Shown here one piece after another: positions 46,274 to 55,278 of a stretch of DNA of 64,000 nt. A program made the translations under genes and the position numbers. The stretch covers positions 3,025-67,024 of the forward strand of contig JACOZN010000001.1 of NCBI GenBank assembly GCA_016181305.1, given 5' to 3'. This DNA comes from Candidatus Woesearchaeota archaeon (GTDB lineage Archaea > Nanobdellota > Nanobdellia > Woesearchaeales > GW2011-AR4). Every line of letters begins with the position of its first letter. Position 1 is the stretch's first letter. The notes beneath the pieces were generated by a model. The model was not told where the DNA came from. It was given only the letters and a program-made list of their open reading frames with translations, and searched no databases.

Positions 46274-47635
46274 ATGCAATTATTTGACTTAATTGTAATA
46301 GGAGCAGGCTCCGGCCTGAATGTCAGTTCCGCAGCAGCAGAAATGGGCATGAAGGTTGCTGTTGTAGAGAAAGGCCCGATGGGAGGCACATGTCTCAATC
46401 GCGGATGCATTCCGTCAAAGATAATAATTCACAGCGCTGATGTCGCAGAAACAATAAAAAAATCAAAGCTGTTTGGAATAAACTCCAGGATTTCCTCAAT
46501 TGATTTCAAGAAAATAACAGGCAGGGCTTCAAAAATAGTCGACAAGGATGCAAAAGAGATTGAAGAAGCGATTATCCAGGATAAAAACACAACTTTGTTT
46601 AAAGTAGAGGCTAAATTTATTGCCGAAAGAACTTTAAAAGCTGGAAAAGAAACAATAAAAGGCAACAAGGTTATTATTGCTGCCGGAACAAGGCCTGCAA
46701 TACCTAAAATAGAAGGCTTAAGCGACGTTGATTTTATCACAAGCGATGAAGCCTTAAGGCTGAAAAAGCAGCCAAAAACAATGACAATTCTCGGCGGCGG
46801 CTATATCGCTGCCGAGCTTGCACATTTTTTTGGCGCACTTGGAACAAAAATCAATATAATGCAAAGAGGCAAGTATTTAATACCAAATGAAGATGAGGAG
46901 ATATCATCAAAATTTACCGGGATTTTCAAAAAAAAGTACAATGTTTTGACGGAATTTAATGCAGCAAAAGTCTCAAAGAAAGGAAATAAATTTATTTTAG
47001 AAGCTGAAAATAAAAAAGCAAGGAAAAAGCTTGTATCAGACGCATTGCTTGTTGCAGCAGGAAGAACTCCAAATACAGATTTGCTTGATGTTAAAAAAGC
47101 CAATGTTGATGTTGATGATAAAGGTTTTATAAAAACAAATGACTACCTTGAAACAACTGCAAAAAACATCTGGGCTTTGGGCGATATAGTAGGAAAATTC
47201 CTGTTCAAGCACAGCGCAAACCTTGAGGCGCAGTATGTTTATAATAACGCAATCCTAAACAAAAAAATAAAGATTGACTACACCGCAATGCCGCATGCAA
47301 TATTTTCCTCGCCGCAGATTGCAGGTGTCGGGTTGAGAGAGCAGGATTTAAAAGAGAGAAAAATTGACTATGCAGTTGGAAAATATAACTACAGAGATTC
47401 AGGAATGGGGATTGCATTGCAGGACAATGAAGGCTTTGTAAAGATTTTCGCAGACAGAAAGGCAAGAAAGATTCTCGGCTGCCATATTATTGGAACAGAT
47501 GCCTCAACTTTAATACATGAAGTGATTGTTGCAATGAAAGCCGGCTTGAGAATTGATGCAATCAGCGATGCAGTTCATGTGCATCCCGCACTGAGCGAGG
47601 TTGTGCAGAGGGCTGTGAATAGTATTGAGTGGTGA
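46274..47635 (+). CDS. Pyridine nucleotide-disulfide oxidoreductase (dihydrolipoyl dehydrogenase-like)
   Basis: GAGSG FAD motif, redox-active GGTCLNRGCIPSK, and a C-terminal HVHPALSE interface motif. Confidence 0.85.
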   Translation: MQLFDLIVIGAGSGLNVSSAAAEMGMKVAVVEKGPMGGTCLNRGCIPSKIIIHSADVAETIKKSKLFGINSRISSIDFKKITGRASKIVDKDAKEIEEAIIQDKNTTLFKVEAKFIAERTLKAGKETIKGNKVIIAAGTRPAIPKIEGLSDVDFITSDEALRLKKQPKTMTILGGGYIAAELAHFFGALGTKINIMQRGKYLIPNEDEEISSKFTGIFKKKYNVLTEFNAAKVSKKGNKFILEAENKKARKKLVSDALLVAAGRTPNTDLLDVKKANVDVDDKGFIKTNDYLETTAKNIWALGDIVGKFLFKHSANLEAQYVYNNAILNKKIKIDYTAMPHAIFSSPQIAGVGLREQDLKERKIDYAVGKYNYRDSGMGIALQDNEGFVKIFADRKARKILGCHIIGTDASTLIHEVIVAMKAGLRIDAISDAVHVHPALSEVVQRAVNSIEW

Positions 47636-47725
47636 TGTAGCTGAGGTTTTTGATTGAATTCTAACTCATTCCCCACCGCAAAACTTAAATACTCATTAAT
47701 TCTAAATATTAATTTGGGGGTAAAT

Positions 47726-47953
47726 ATGGCAGAAGAAATGCAGGTTGGAAAGGTAACCCATTACTTTACAAAAATAGGGGTTGCTGTGATTGAAGTCACA
47801 GGCGGCAGCATCAAGATTGGAGACGAGCTTCATATAAAAGGGCACACAAGCGATTTCAGGCAGAAAGTAAGCTCAATGCAGATAGAGCAGGACAAAATAG
47901 AAATGGCAGAGCCCGGGCAGTCAATAGGCATGAAGGTAAAACTGGCTTATTGA
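47726..47953 (+). CDS. Small beta-barrel protein resembling EF-Tu domain 2
   Basis: MAEEMQVGKVTHYFTKIGVAVIEVTGGSIKIGDELHIKG... Start moved to the ATG at 47726. Confidence 0.45.
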   Translation: MAEEMQVGKVTHYFTKIGVAVIEVTGGSIKIGDELHIKGHTSDFRQKVSSMQIEQDKIEMAEPGQSIGMKVKLAY

Positions 47954-48511
47954 AGAGAACAGGATTGTTGAGTGCAGGCATACGAATTCATCAACATTTT
48001 TCCTGATTTCGCTGTTTAAATTCGACGGCGCAACAGGAACAGCCAAAATCAATTTTTTTGGATTTTGCGACCTGATGTAGCCTATTGCAGCTTTTGTCGT
48101 GAAGCCTGTTGCAATGCCGTCGTCTGTTAATATAACAATCTTATCTTTTAGGTTGTGTAATTCATATTTTCCCCTGTAAGCCCTGTACCTTCTTGCTATT
48201 TCCCTGCCCATCTCCCTTGTTTTTTCCTTTAAATATACATCTGAAACGTTATAAATCCTTATAGTCTCTTCATTCAGCATTACCTTTTTGTCAGGCCCGA
48301 CTGAGCCTATTGCAAATTCCTCATCATCCGGCAATCCTATCTTTTTTGTAACTATTATGTCTAACTTTACATTCAATATCTTTGCAATCTCATACCCAAC
48401 CTCAACGCCGCCTCTCGGTATGGCTAAAACTATAACATCTTTGTTATCCCTATACTCATTTAACTTTTCTGCCAGCTTGATTCCCGCTTCGTGCCTGTCC
48501 TTGAAGTGCAT
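47921..48511 (-). CDS. Phosphoribosyltransferase-family protein
   Basis: The PRPP-binding loop is IVILTDDGIATGFT. 196 aa. Confidence 0.75.
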   Translation of the reverse strand: MHFKDRHEAGIKLAEKLNEYRDNKDVIVLAIPRGGVEVGYEIAKILNVKLDIIVTKKIGLPDDEEFAIGSVGPDKKVMLNEETIRIYNVSDVYLKEKTREMGREIARRYRAYRGKYELHNLKDKIVILTDDGIATGFTTKAAIGYIRSQNPKKLILAVPVAPSNLNSEIRKNVDEFVCLHSTILFSSISQFYLHAY

Positions 48512-48601
48512 TTTTGTATTGTTTACTTTAGTATTTATAATTTTATTCTATAATATCCAAAACCAATAAATTTTTAATAACCTCCCAATCTTTTGCTGGT
48601 T

Positions 48602-51130
48602 ATGCCAAGTGATAAAGAGATAAAAAAGGAATTCAAGCTGAAAGCATCTAAAGAGCCCGATAAATATTATGCAACTTCTGTGCTTAAGGCAGAGGGCTTC
48701 AGCAGGAATAAATGCTCAAAATGCGGCACGTATTTCTGGACAACAACGGGAAGTGAGGTATGCGGCAATCCGGCATGCTCAGGCGGCTTTAGGTTTATCG
48801 GCGACACTCCTGCGACAAAAAAACTCGACTATGTCGGGGTATGGAACGAATTTTCAAGATTGTTCAGTAAATGGGGCTACACTCCCATAAAAAGGTACCC
48901 TGTTGTTGCAAGATGGCGCGATGACACTGACTTTGTGCAGGCTTCTATCTATGATTTCCAGCCGTATGTTGTTTCAGGCGAAGTTGAGCCTCCTGCAAAC
49001 CCATTGGTTGTGCCGCAGATGTGCTTGAGATTTAACGATATTGACAATATTGGCATTACAGGAGCCCATTACTGCGCCTTTGTGATGATTGGGCAGCACG
49101 CCTTCATGAAGCCAAAAGAATGGAATCAGGCAAGATACTTTACAGACATCCACAACTGGCTTAAAGAAGGGCTCGGATTAAAAAATGAGGAAATCACTTT
49201 CCATGAGGATGCATGGGCTGGTGGGGGAAATTTCGGGCCATGCATGGAGTACTTTTCAAGAGGCTTGGAATTGGGAAACCAAGTTTATATGCTCTATGAG
49301 CAGACTCCCAGCGGATTCAAGGAATTAAACCTGAAAGTTTTGGATATGGGTATGGGGCATGAGAGGAATGCATGGTTTACCCAAGGAAAGTCAACAAGCT
49401 ATGATACAACTTTCCCTACTGTTGTCAAAAAATTATACGAGATAACTAGAGTTAAAGTTGATGAAAAACTTATGCAAAAGTTTCTCCCATATTCATCTTA
49501 TTTGAACGTTGATGAAGTTGAGGACATTGACAAGGTATGGCACGATGTTGCCAAAAAAACCGGCTATGATGTCAATGAATTGAGGGAAAAAATTCTTGAA
49601 TTGGCTGCCTTGTACTCTGTTGCAGAGCATTCAAGGGCTTTGCTTGTTGCATTAAGCGACGGGGGGTTGCCTTCAAATGTCGGAGGCGGCTATAACCTAA
49701 GAGCTATTCTGAGAAGAGCGCTTTCTTTTATAGACAAACATCAATGGAAGATAGATTTGCCTGACGTTTGCAAATGGCATGCCGAATACTTAAAACCATT
49801 GTTTCCAGAGTTGAGCGAGAATCTTGACGAAGTTACTAAGATTTTAGAAGTTGAAAAAAGCAAGTATGAAGCAACAAAGCAAAAAACCCATTCAATGATT
49901 TCAAAGCTGATTAAAGACGAGATTAATGACAAAAAACTGCTGCTTTTGTATGACAGCTATGGCATAACCCCAGAAATTGTAAGGGAAGAGTCCTTTAAGC
50001 TCGGCAAAAAAATTGAAGTGCCTGAGAATTTCTATGCAAGGGTTGCTGAAATGCATGAAAAACAAGAGCAGGAGCACGCAACCAAAAGGGAGGAAAAATT
50101 GAATCTTGAAGGGATTCCGGAGACAAAGGCTTTGTATTATTTTGATTACACAAAAACCAAGTTCAATGCAAAAGTCATTAAAATAATTGATAACAAAGTG
50201 ATTCTCAATGAAACATATTTCTATCCGACAAGCGGCGGGCAGTTGCATGATTTGGGCATGATTAATGGGCAGAATGTTGTTGACATCTTTAAGCAGGGCA
50301 GCATTATAGTGCATGTTTTAAGCCAAAAACCGGAGTTTAAAGAAGGAAGTGAAGCAGAGTGCATCATTGACAAAGACAGAAGATTCCAGCTTGCAAAGCA
50401 CCACACTGCAACTCACATAATAAATGCAGCCGCAAGGAAAGTTCTTGGAAATCACATAAATCAAGCTGGAGCTAAAAAAGACATTGACAAAGCCACTATT
50501 GACTTGACGCATTACCAAAGCATTACAGATGATGAGATTGAAGAAATTGAAAAAGAGGCAAACAGGCTGGTTAAGGCAGCGATACAGGTGCAAAGCAATT
50601 TTGTCCCGAGAACAGAGGCAGAGCAGACTTATGGTATGGGAATCTATCAGGGCGGTGCAGTCCCAGGCAAACTGCTTAGGATTGTTAATATCCCCAACAT
50701 TGATGTTGAGGCTTGCGGCGGAACTCACTTAAAGAATACCTCCGAGGCTGGCGAAATCAAGATTTTGAAAGCCACAAAGATATCAGATGGAATTGTTAGA
50801 TTATATTTTACTGCTGGAGAAGCAGCGCAAAGGGAGAAAAAGCAGGAATCGCATATTTTAGAAGAGTCTGCAAAACTGCTTAATGTCAAAGTTGAGCAGT
50901 TGCCTTCAAGGGTTGAAGAATTATTCAATAAATGGAAACTGGCGAAAAAAGCTGTTGAGAAGAAAAAGCAGGTTGACCTGAAGCAGCTGGAATTAACCAA
51001 AAAAGAAGAATTTAAAGGCAATGTCTTGGACAAGGTTTCTGAAATTCTGAAAACCCAGCCGGAGCATGTGGTTAAAACTATCAACAGGTTTATGAAGGAA
51101 TTGGAGGAGATGAAGGGGAAGATTAGATAA
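48602..51130 (+). CDS. alaS: Alanyl-tRNA synthetase, archaeal type
   Basis: N-terminal CSKCGTYFWT...CGNPAC zinc knuckle, class II core, and editing-domain HHTATH...CGGTH motifs. The first ATG is at 48602; the ORF-track start at 48593 is a TTG. Confidence 0.9.
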   Translation: MPSDKEIKKEFKLKASKEPDKYYATSVLKAEGFSRNKCSKCGTYFWTTTGSEVCGNPACSGGFRFIGDTPATKKLDYVGVWNEFSRLFSKWGYTPIKRYPVVARWRDDTDFVQASIYDFQPYVVSGEVEPPANPLVVPQMCLRFNDIDNIGITGAHYCAFVMIGQHAFMKPKEWNQARYFTDIHNWLKEGLGLKNEEITFHEDAWAGGGNFGPCMEYFSRGLELGNQVYMLYEQTPSGFKELNLKVLDMGMGHERNAWFTQGKSTSYDTTFPTVVKKLYEITRVKVDEKLMQKFLPYSSYLNVDEVEDIDKVWHDVAKKTGYDVNELREKILELAALYSVAEHSRALLVALSDGGLPSNVGGGYNLRAILRRALSFIDKHQWKIDLPDVCKWHAEYLKPLFPELSENLDEVTKILEVEKSKYEATKQKTHSMISKLIKDEINDKKLLLLYDSYGITPEIVREESFKLGKKIEVPENFYARVAEMHEKQEQEHATKREEKLNLEGIPETKALYYFDYTKTKFNAKVIKIIDNKVILNETYFYPTSGGQLHDLGMINGQNVVDIFKQGSIIVHVLSQKPEFKEGSEAECIIDKDRRFQLAKHHTATHIINAAARKVLGNHINQAGAKKDIDKATIDLTHYQSITDDEIEEIEKEANRLVKAAIQVQSNFVPRTEAEQTYGMGIYQGGAVPGKLLRIVNIPNIDVEACGGTHLKNTSEAGEIKILKATKISDGIVRLYFTAGEAAQREKKQESHILEESAKLLNVKVEQLPSRVEELFNKWKLAKKAVEKKKQVDLKQLELTKKEEFKGNVLDKVSEILKTQPEHVVKTINRFMKELEEMKGKIR

Positions 51131-51135
51131 AAATA

Positions 51136-51429
51136 TTAAACCCTTGGCTGGTGAATTTTTTCAAATTCTTCCAATATATTTTCTACTCCCCCATACACGC
51201 TGTGGTGGTGAAATCTCCTTTGGTATACAGTGCCTTTTACATACCTTACCAATTCAACATTTAAATCCTCTATACCATCAACACTACCTTCATGCGTAAT
51301 AACAATTTGGTCCAATCCAAGTTTTTGCCCCTTTATTTGAATTGTACATACCTCATGTTCTGTCATGTAGTTGCTTGTATTCTTGCCGTTAATCTTTGGT
51401 GTTGTATCAATAACGATTTGTTGTTCCAT
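51136..51429 (-). CDS. Hypothetical protein
   Basis: 97-aa ORF with no recognisable motifs. Confidence 0.3.
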   Translation of the reverse strand: MEQQIVIDTTPKINGKNTSNYMTEHEVCTIQIKGQKLGLDQIVITHEGSVDGIEDLNVELVRYVKGTVYQRRFHHHSVYGGVENILEEFEKIHQPRV

Positions 51430-51689
51430 TTTTCTCCATCAATCCTTTTTATTGTCAGCACATCCTAGAACTTAAACAAGCTCAAATTCAAAGCCCCTTA
51501 AAGAATATGCCAACTCTTTGCGGGCTTTACAATAGCAGTAGAAGCAATAGACTTAGGGCTAACAAGGACAATACAGAATGTTTGCCTAAGTTTGTGTCAG
51601 CCATTTTGATTGGTATATGTTATAGCTGCTTATTCTTAAATCTTTCTGTTTTTGCCAAGTTAAATAAGCGCCGCGACTGGTTATTTCAG

Positions 51690-51798
51690 CGCCAGGGACG
51701 GGAATTCCGTGGCATACATTTCGAACCCGTGTTACATTCGGGTGAATGTAAACCAGATCTTAAGTCTGGCATCTTAAGCCTGACTCGACCACCCTGGC
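51690..51798 (-). tRNA. tRNA-Leu(UAA), class II, with one 16-nt intron in the T-loop (51704-51719)
   Basis: Acceptor GCCAGGG/CCCTGGC, anticodon arm CCAGA-CTTAAGA-TCTGG, long variable arm TTACATTC-ACCC-GAATGTAA, T-arm ACGGG-TTCGAA[intron]T-CCCGT. The intron obeys the BHB rule (TTCG pairs with CGGA). Confidence 0.85.
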
Positions 51799-51825
51799 TG
51801 TGCTGATAGCAAGGTTTATATAGTG

Positions 51826-51897
51826 GCTTTGACATATATCTATTATTCGGGTGAATGTCAACTGGATTTTGAGTCTAGTTATTTGGCCAGACTCGGC
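51826..51897 (-). pseudogene. tRNA-Leu(CAA)-like fragment (D-arm, anticodon arm and variable arm only)
   Basis: TGGCCGAGTCTGGCCAAATAACTAGACTCAAAATCCAGTTGACATTCACCCGAAT aligns with nt 8-63 of the adjacent tRNA-Leu. It lacks an acceptor 5' strand (preceded by A7) and a T-arm, and its D and anticodon stems carry mismatches. Confidence 0.4.
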
Positions 51898-52003
51898 CAT
51901 TTTTTCTTATTTTTTATCAACTATGGTAGAACTACTACTTTATAAACATCACCCAAGAATGTCCAGTGCTTGTAGAAAATATATTTTAGAGAGCAACGAT
52001 AGA

Positions 52004-53263
52004 TTACAAATATTTAACCAATTTAGACTGCTGTTTTATGCTTCTCAATAATTTGCTTTCATTCAGCAAATAATCAGCATTGTAATTAAACCTCTTTTTG
52101 ATTAATTTTCTCCCATATTCCAGCATCAATTCTTTCGATGAAAACTCAATAGGCTTGCCGTTCATTGCTTTTCTTGTGCATTCGCGCGTAACCCAAACAC
52201 CCAAAGGCATCGTGTATTCATCAGTTATGAACCTCAGCGCCAAAACAGAAGCCTGTTTTTTCATCTGCCTTAATTTCTCCAAAATTGCGAGCCTTACAGT
52301 ATAGTATCCTCCTGCAGTTGTTTCAGCATAATCTTTTCTTCCGCCATAACTTTCATAGTCAGTGCTGTATCTTAACGCTTTGCTGGAATTCCAATTTGAT
52401 GGCACGTAAGTTTCAAATAATTCATAGCTCCAGACTTCAGGGAACATAAAAATTAAATAATAATTGCCAAGGTAATTTCCAAAAAACGAGCAATAAGAAT
52501 TCATCTCATTACAATTTTTTATTTCATTGATTAAATTTTTTCCAATAATATCATCGGTAGCTGTAATGCTCCACCTCGTCGGCACAAGCTTCCTGTCCTT
52601 CTTCAGCCCCAAAGTCCCTACACTCAAAATTCTCGACAAAAAGTTCTCGTCAAAATTGTTTTCATAAAGATAATTTACAGCTTCATTAGCTTTCAAGTCA
52701 GTGTCCCCAAAAACCTTGTAAACCTTTGTGTGGATTTTGGGGTTTTCTGTAATTTCTGCCTTTTTTAGCCTTGCATTCGGGCCTGTGGGTGCCATATGGG
52801 AGTCAAGGTTCAGCCTGAATTTCGGCTTTTCCTTTAATTGGATATCCACATCCAAAGGAGAAGACGACATTGCAATGTCCTGCGACAGCTCCAAAAGCTT
52901 TATCCTTTTTTTTATGTTGATGTTATACCTTGAATTTAATAAAGAAGAGCGGAAATCAACAATCCTTGGTATTTCATAATTTTCCGCTGCCCATTGTTTT
53001 GGTGCGTCATAAAGCCATGCTTCCTCATTTTGCTCGGGAGGGGCAAGAATGCCGACATTGACATAAGGATAGCCATATCTTCCAACAAAAGGAGCTACAC
53101 CATCGCTTGTGAACTCCTCTTTTTGTATTGATGATTTGACCCTGAAAACAGCATTGTTTCTCGCGCATACTGGGCATTTTCCCTTGCCGCAGTCGCCTAA
53201 TGGGTCGTAGCCTTTGTGCTGCCTGAACGGTATTTGCATTAAATCTGATAAGAAAACAGCCAA
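52004..53263 (-). CDS. Archaeal Nre-family (NreA-like) DNA-repair-associated protein with a C-terminal PIP-box-like motif
   Basis: N-terminal Cys cluster (CGKGKCPVC), a PTRWSITATDD motif, a length of about 420 aa, and a C-terminus QSKLVKYL that fits QxxLxxYL. Confidence 0.55.
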   Translation of the reverse strand: MAVFLSDLMQIPFRQHKGYDPLGDCGKGKCPVCARNNAVFRVKSSIQKEEFTSDGVAPFVGRYGYPYVNVGILAPPEQNEEAWLYDAPKQWAAENYEIPRIVDFRSSLLNSRYNINIKKRIKLLELSQDIAMSSSPLDVDIQLKEKPKFRLNLDSHMAPTGPNARLKKAEITENPKIHTKVYKVFGDTDLKANEAVNYLYENNFDENFLSRILSVGTLGLKKDRKLVPTRWSITATDDIIGKNLINEIKNCNEMNSYCSFFGNYLGNYYLIFMFPEVWSYELFETYVPSNWNSSKALRYSTDYESYGGRKDYAETTAGGYYTVRLAILEKLRQMKKQASVLALRFITDEYTMPLGVWVTRECTRKAMNGKPIEFSSKELMLEYGRKLIKKRFNYNADYLLNESKLLRSIKQQSKLVKYL

Positions 53264-53277
53264 TATAAAGTTTTGGG

Positions 53278-53541
53278 TTATTTTTTATTGTATTTTAACC
53301 ATAACTCCTTAAAGAATGGCAATGTCAATGTAGAAAGCATGAATGCAACAGCAGGCACAATGGAATTCAGCCATGGCCTCGGGATATTAATTGCCTGGAG
53401 GTAGAATCCTATCACAAGATAGGTAAACAGCAAAAGCAGAAACCTTCTTGCCATGCTTGTTTCCCATGCCTTGTCCATCTCCACTTTCTTGTTCCTTTCC
53501 TCTATCTGCCTGATTTTTTCCTCTAAACGCCTTGATTCCAT
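53278..53541 (-). CDS. Small membrane protein (2 TM)
   Basis: 87-aa ORF with a charged N-terminal helix followed by two hydrophobic helices. Confidence 0.35.
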   Translation of the reverse strand: MESRRLEEKIRQIEERNKKVEMDKAWETSMARRFLLLLFTYLVIGFYLQAINIPRPWLNSIVPAVAFMLSTLTLPFFKELWLKYNKK

Positions 53542-53620
53542 AGCTTAAAATTTTGTTATTTCATTTATAAATCTTTTTAAAACAACAATCCTTAAATAAT
53601 AAAGCCAAATATTCAAAATT

Positions 53621-54655
53621 ATGGCGCTTTCAAAAAATCAAATCCATCAGATAAGGGAGGGCCTGGACAGCTGCAAAAATCCGTTATTTTTCTTCGACGA
53701 CGACCAGGACGGATTGTGCTCCTTCCTCCAGCTTTACAGGTACAAGGGCGAGGGAAAAGGCATTATTGTGAAGACAACCCCGAAGCTCGGCTCACTATTT
53801 GCAAGGAAAGTTGAGGAGTACCATCCGGACAAAGTCTTTATCCTGGACTTGGCAGCTGTCGAGCAGGAATTTCTTGACGGGATTAAAGTGCCTGTCATAT
53901 GGATAGACCATCACAGCCCTGCCAAGGCGTATAATGTGAAATACTTCAACCCCCGGGTTTCGGACTATGAAGACAACCAGCCGACTTCTTATATGTGCTA
54001 TCAGGCTGCCGAAAAAGACCTGTGGATTGCAACAATTGGCTGTGTTGCAGACTGGTTTATACCGCCTTTTATTAAAGAGTTTAAAAATGAATTTCCTGAT
54101 TTGGCTGAAAATCCCTGTAAAACGCCCGGCGACGTAATTTACAATACAAAGCTGGGGCTTTTGATAAGGATATTCTCTTTCATACTCAAAGGCAAAACAG
54201 ATGATGTGATGAAAAACATAAAGGTTCTGTCGCGGATAGCAGGCCCTTATGAAATCCTTAACAAGGAGACTGCTCAGGGCAGGTTCATTTACAAGCATTA
54301 CGAGCAGGTCAATAAGCTATACGAGCCGTTGATTAAGGATGTGCTGAAGACTTTGGAAAAAACAGAAGACAGGCTTGTAATGTTCACTTACAAGGATGAC
54401 AGGACAAGCTTCACGAGCGATTTGAGCAACGAGGCAATTTACAGATTTCCGGATAAAATAATACTTATTGCAAGGGAGAAAAACGATGAGATGAAATGCA
54501 GCCTTCGCTCCGCAAAAGCTGTTCTGCCGCCAATAATTGACAAATGCCTGGTTGGACTGGAAGGCTACGGCGGCGGGCACGAGCACGCCTGCGGGCTGAA
54601 CATCAAAACAAGGGACTTTGAGGAGTTTGTGAGAAGACTTAGAGAGTTAATCTAA
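53621..54655 (+). CDS. DHH-family phosphoesterase (RecJ/NrnA-like)
   Basis: DHH motifs FFDDDQDGLCS and WIDHH, plus the DHHA1 motif GGGHEHACG. Confidence 0.75.
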   Translation: MALSKNQIHQIREGLDSCKNPLFFFDDDQDGLCSFLQLYRYKGEGKGIIVKTTPKLGSLFARKVEEYHPDKVFILDLAAVEQEFLDGIKVPVIWIDHHSPAKAYNVKYFNPRVSDYEDNQPTSYMCYQAAEKDLWIATIGCVADWFIPPFIKEFKNEFPDLAENPCKTPGDVIYNTKLGLLIRIFSFILKGKTDDVMKNIKVLSRIAGPYEILNKETAQGRFIYKHYEQVNKLYEPLIKDVLKTLEKTEDRLVMFTYKDDRTSFTSDLSNEAIYRFPDKIILIAREKNDEMKCSLRSAKAVLPPIIDKCLVGLEGYGGGHEHACGLNIKTRDFEEFVRRLRELI

Positions 54656-55170
54656 ACCCTCAGATTCTGGTTTATGAAATTTATAATGTCATCCTTCTTT
54701 TTGTCCATTGCCGCTCTGTTTTTTGCCCTTGATGCGTACAAGTCAATATTCTCTTTCTTTATTCTTGCATTGATTCTTGTTATCTTGTCGTTGATTTTGT
54801 TAAGCCTTGTTATAACCATGTTCATCTTGTTTGTGACCTCATTTGGCAATGACAGGACAAGCAGCTTGCTGCACTCGTTATTGATGTAGAATATCTTGCT
54901 GCCCCCGAAGGTTTTCTGCTCTTCATGCAGGAAATCCCTCCAAGTGCTGGAGTAAGCGCCGTTGCTCTTCTTCAGCCTCAAAATCAGTGCTTCTTTGTAG
55001 GACTTGGACCTGACAAGATGCAGCTCAATCGAGTCGTTGCCTGCCTCGATGTCATTCTTGAATTCAAGAATGCTTTCATCCTCGATGCCGTTAAAGCTGA
55101 AATACTCTATAGCGCCCAGGCTCCTGTCTATATCTATGTGAGAAATAATGTTCTTGTAATCTGGCTCCAT
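54652..55170 (-). CDS. Hypothetical protein divergent from smc
   Basis: Start placed at the ATG at 55170 (MEPDYKNI...). The longer track ORF would run through the smc promoter and start codon. Confidence 0.4.
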   Translation of the reverse strand: MEPDYKNIISHIDIDRSLGAIEYFSFNGIEDESILEFKNDIEAGNDSIELHLVRSKSYKEALILRLKKSNGAYSSTWRDFLHEEQKTFGGSKIFYINNECSKLLVLSLPNEVTNKMNMVITRLNKINDKITRINARIKKENIDLYASRAKNRAAMDKKKDDIINFINQNLRV

Positions 55171-55248
55171 GCCTACCACCCCAACTAATATACTCTTTAT
55201 ATCAGGTAGTATAAATATTTGTTGGTTTAAAAAGCCAGCACAGCAACC

Positions 55249-55256
55249 TTTAAATA
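55249..55256 (+). promoter_or_regulatory. TATA box (tttaaata) 23 nt upstream of the smc ATG
   Basis: Same octamer and spacing as at 6956 and 27194. Confidence 0.55.
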
Positions 55257-55278
55257 TATCCATTATAGCATTATTCTC

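Noticed and set aside
51507-51806. The 99-aa ORF in the track.
   Set aside because: It overlaps tRNA-Leu antisense and the structured spacer, has no start context and looks low-complexity or random. It is most likely spurious.
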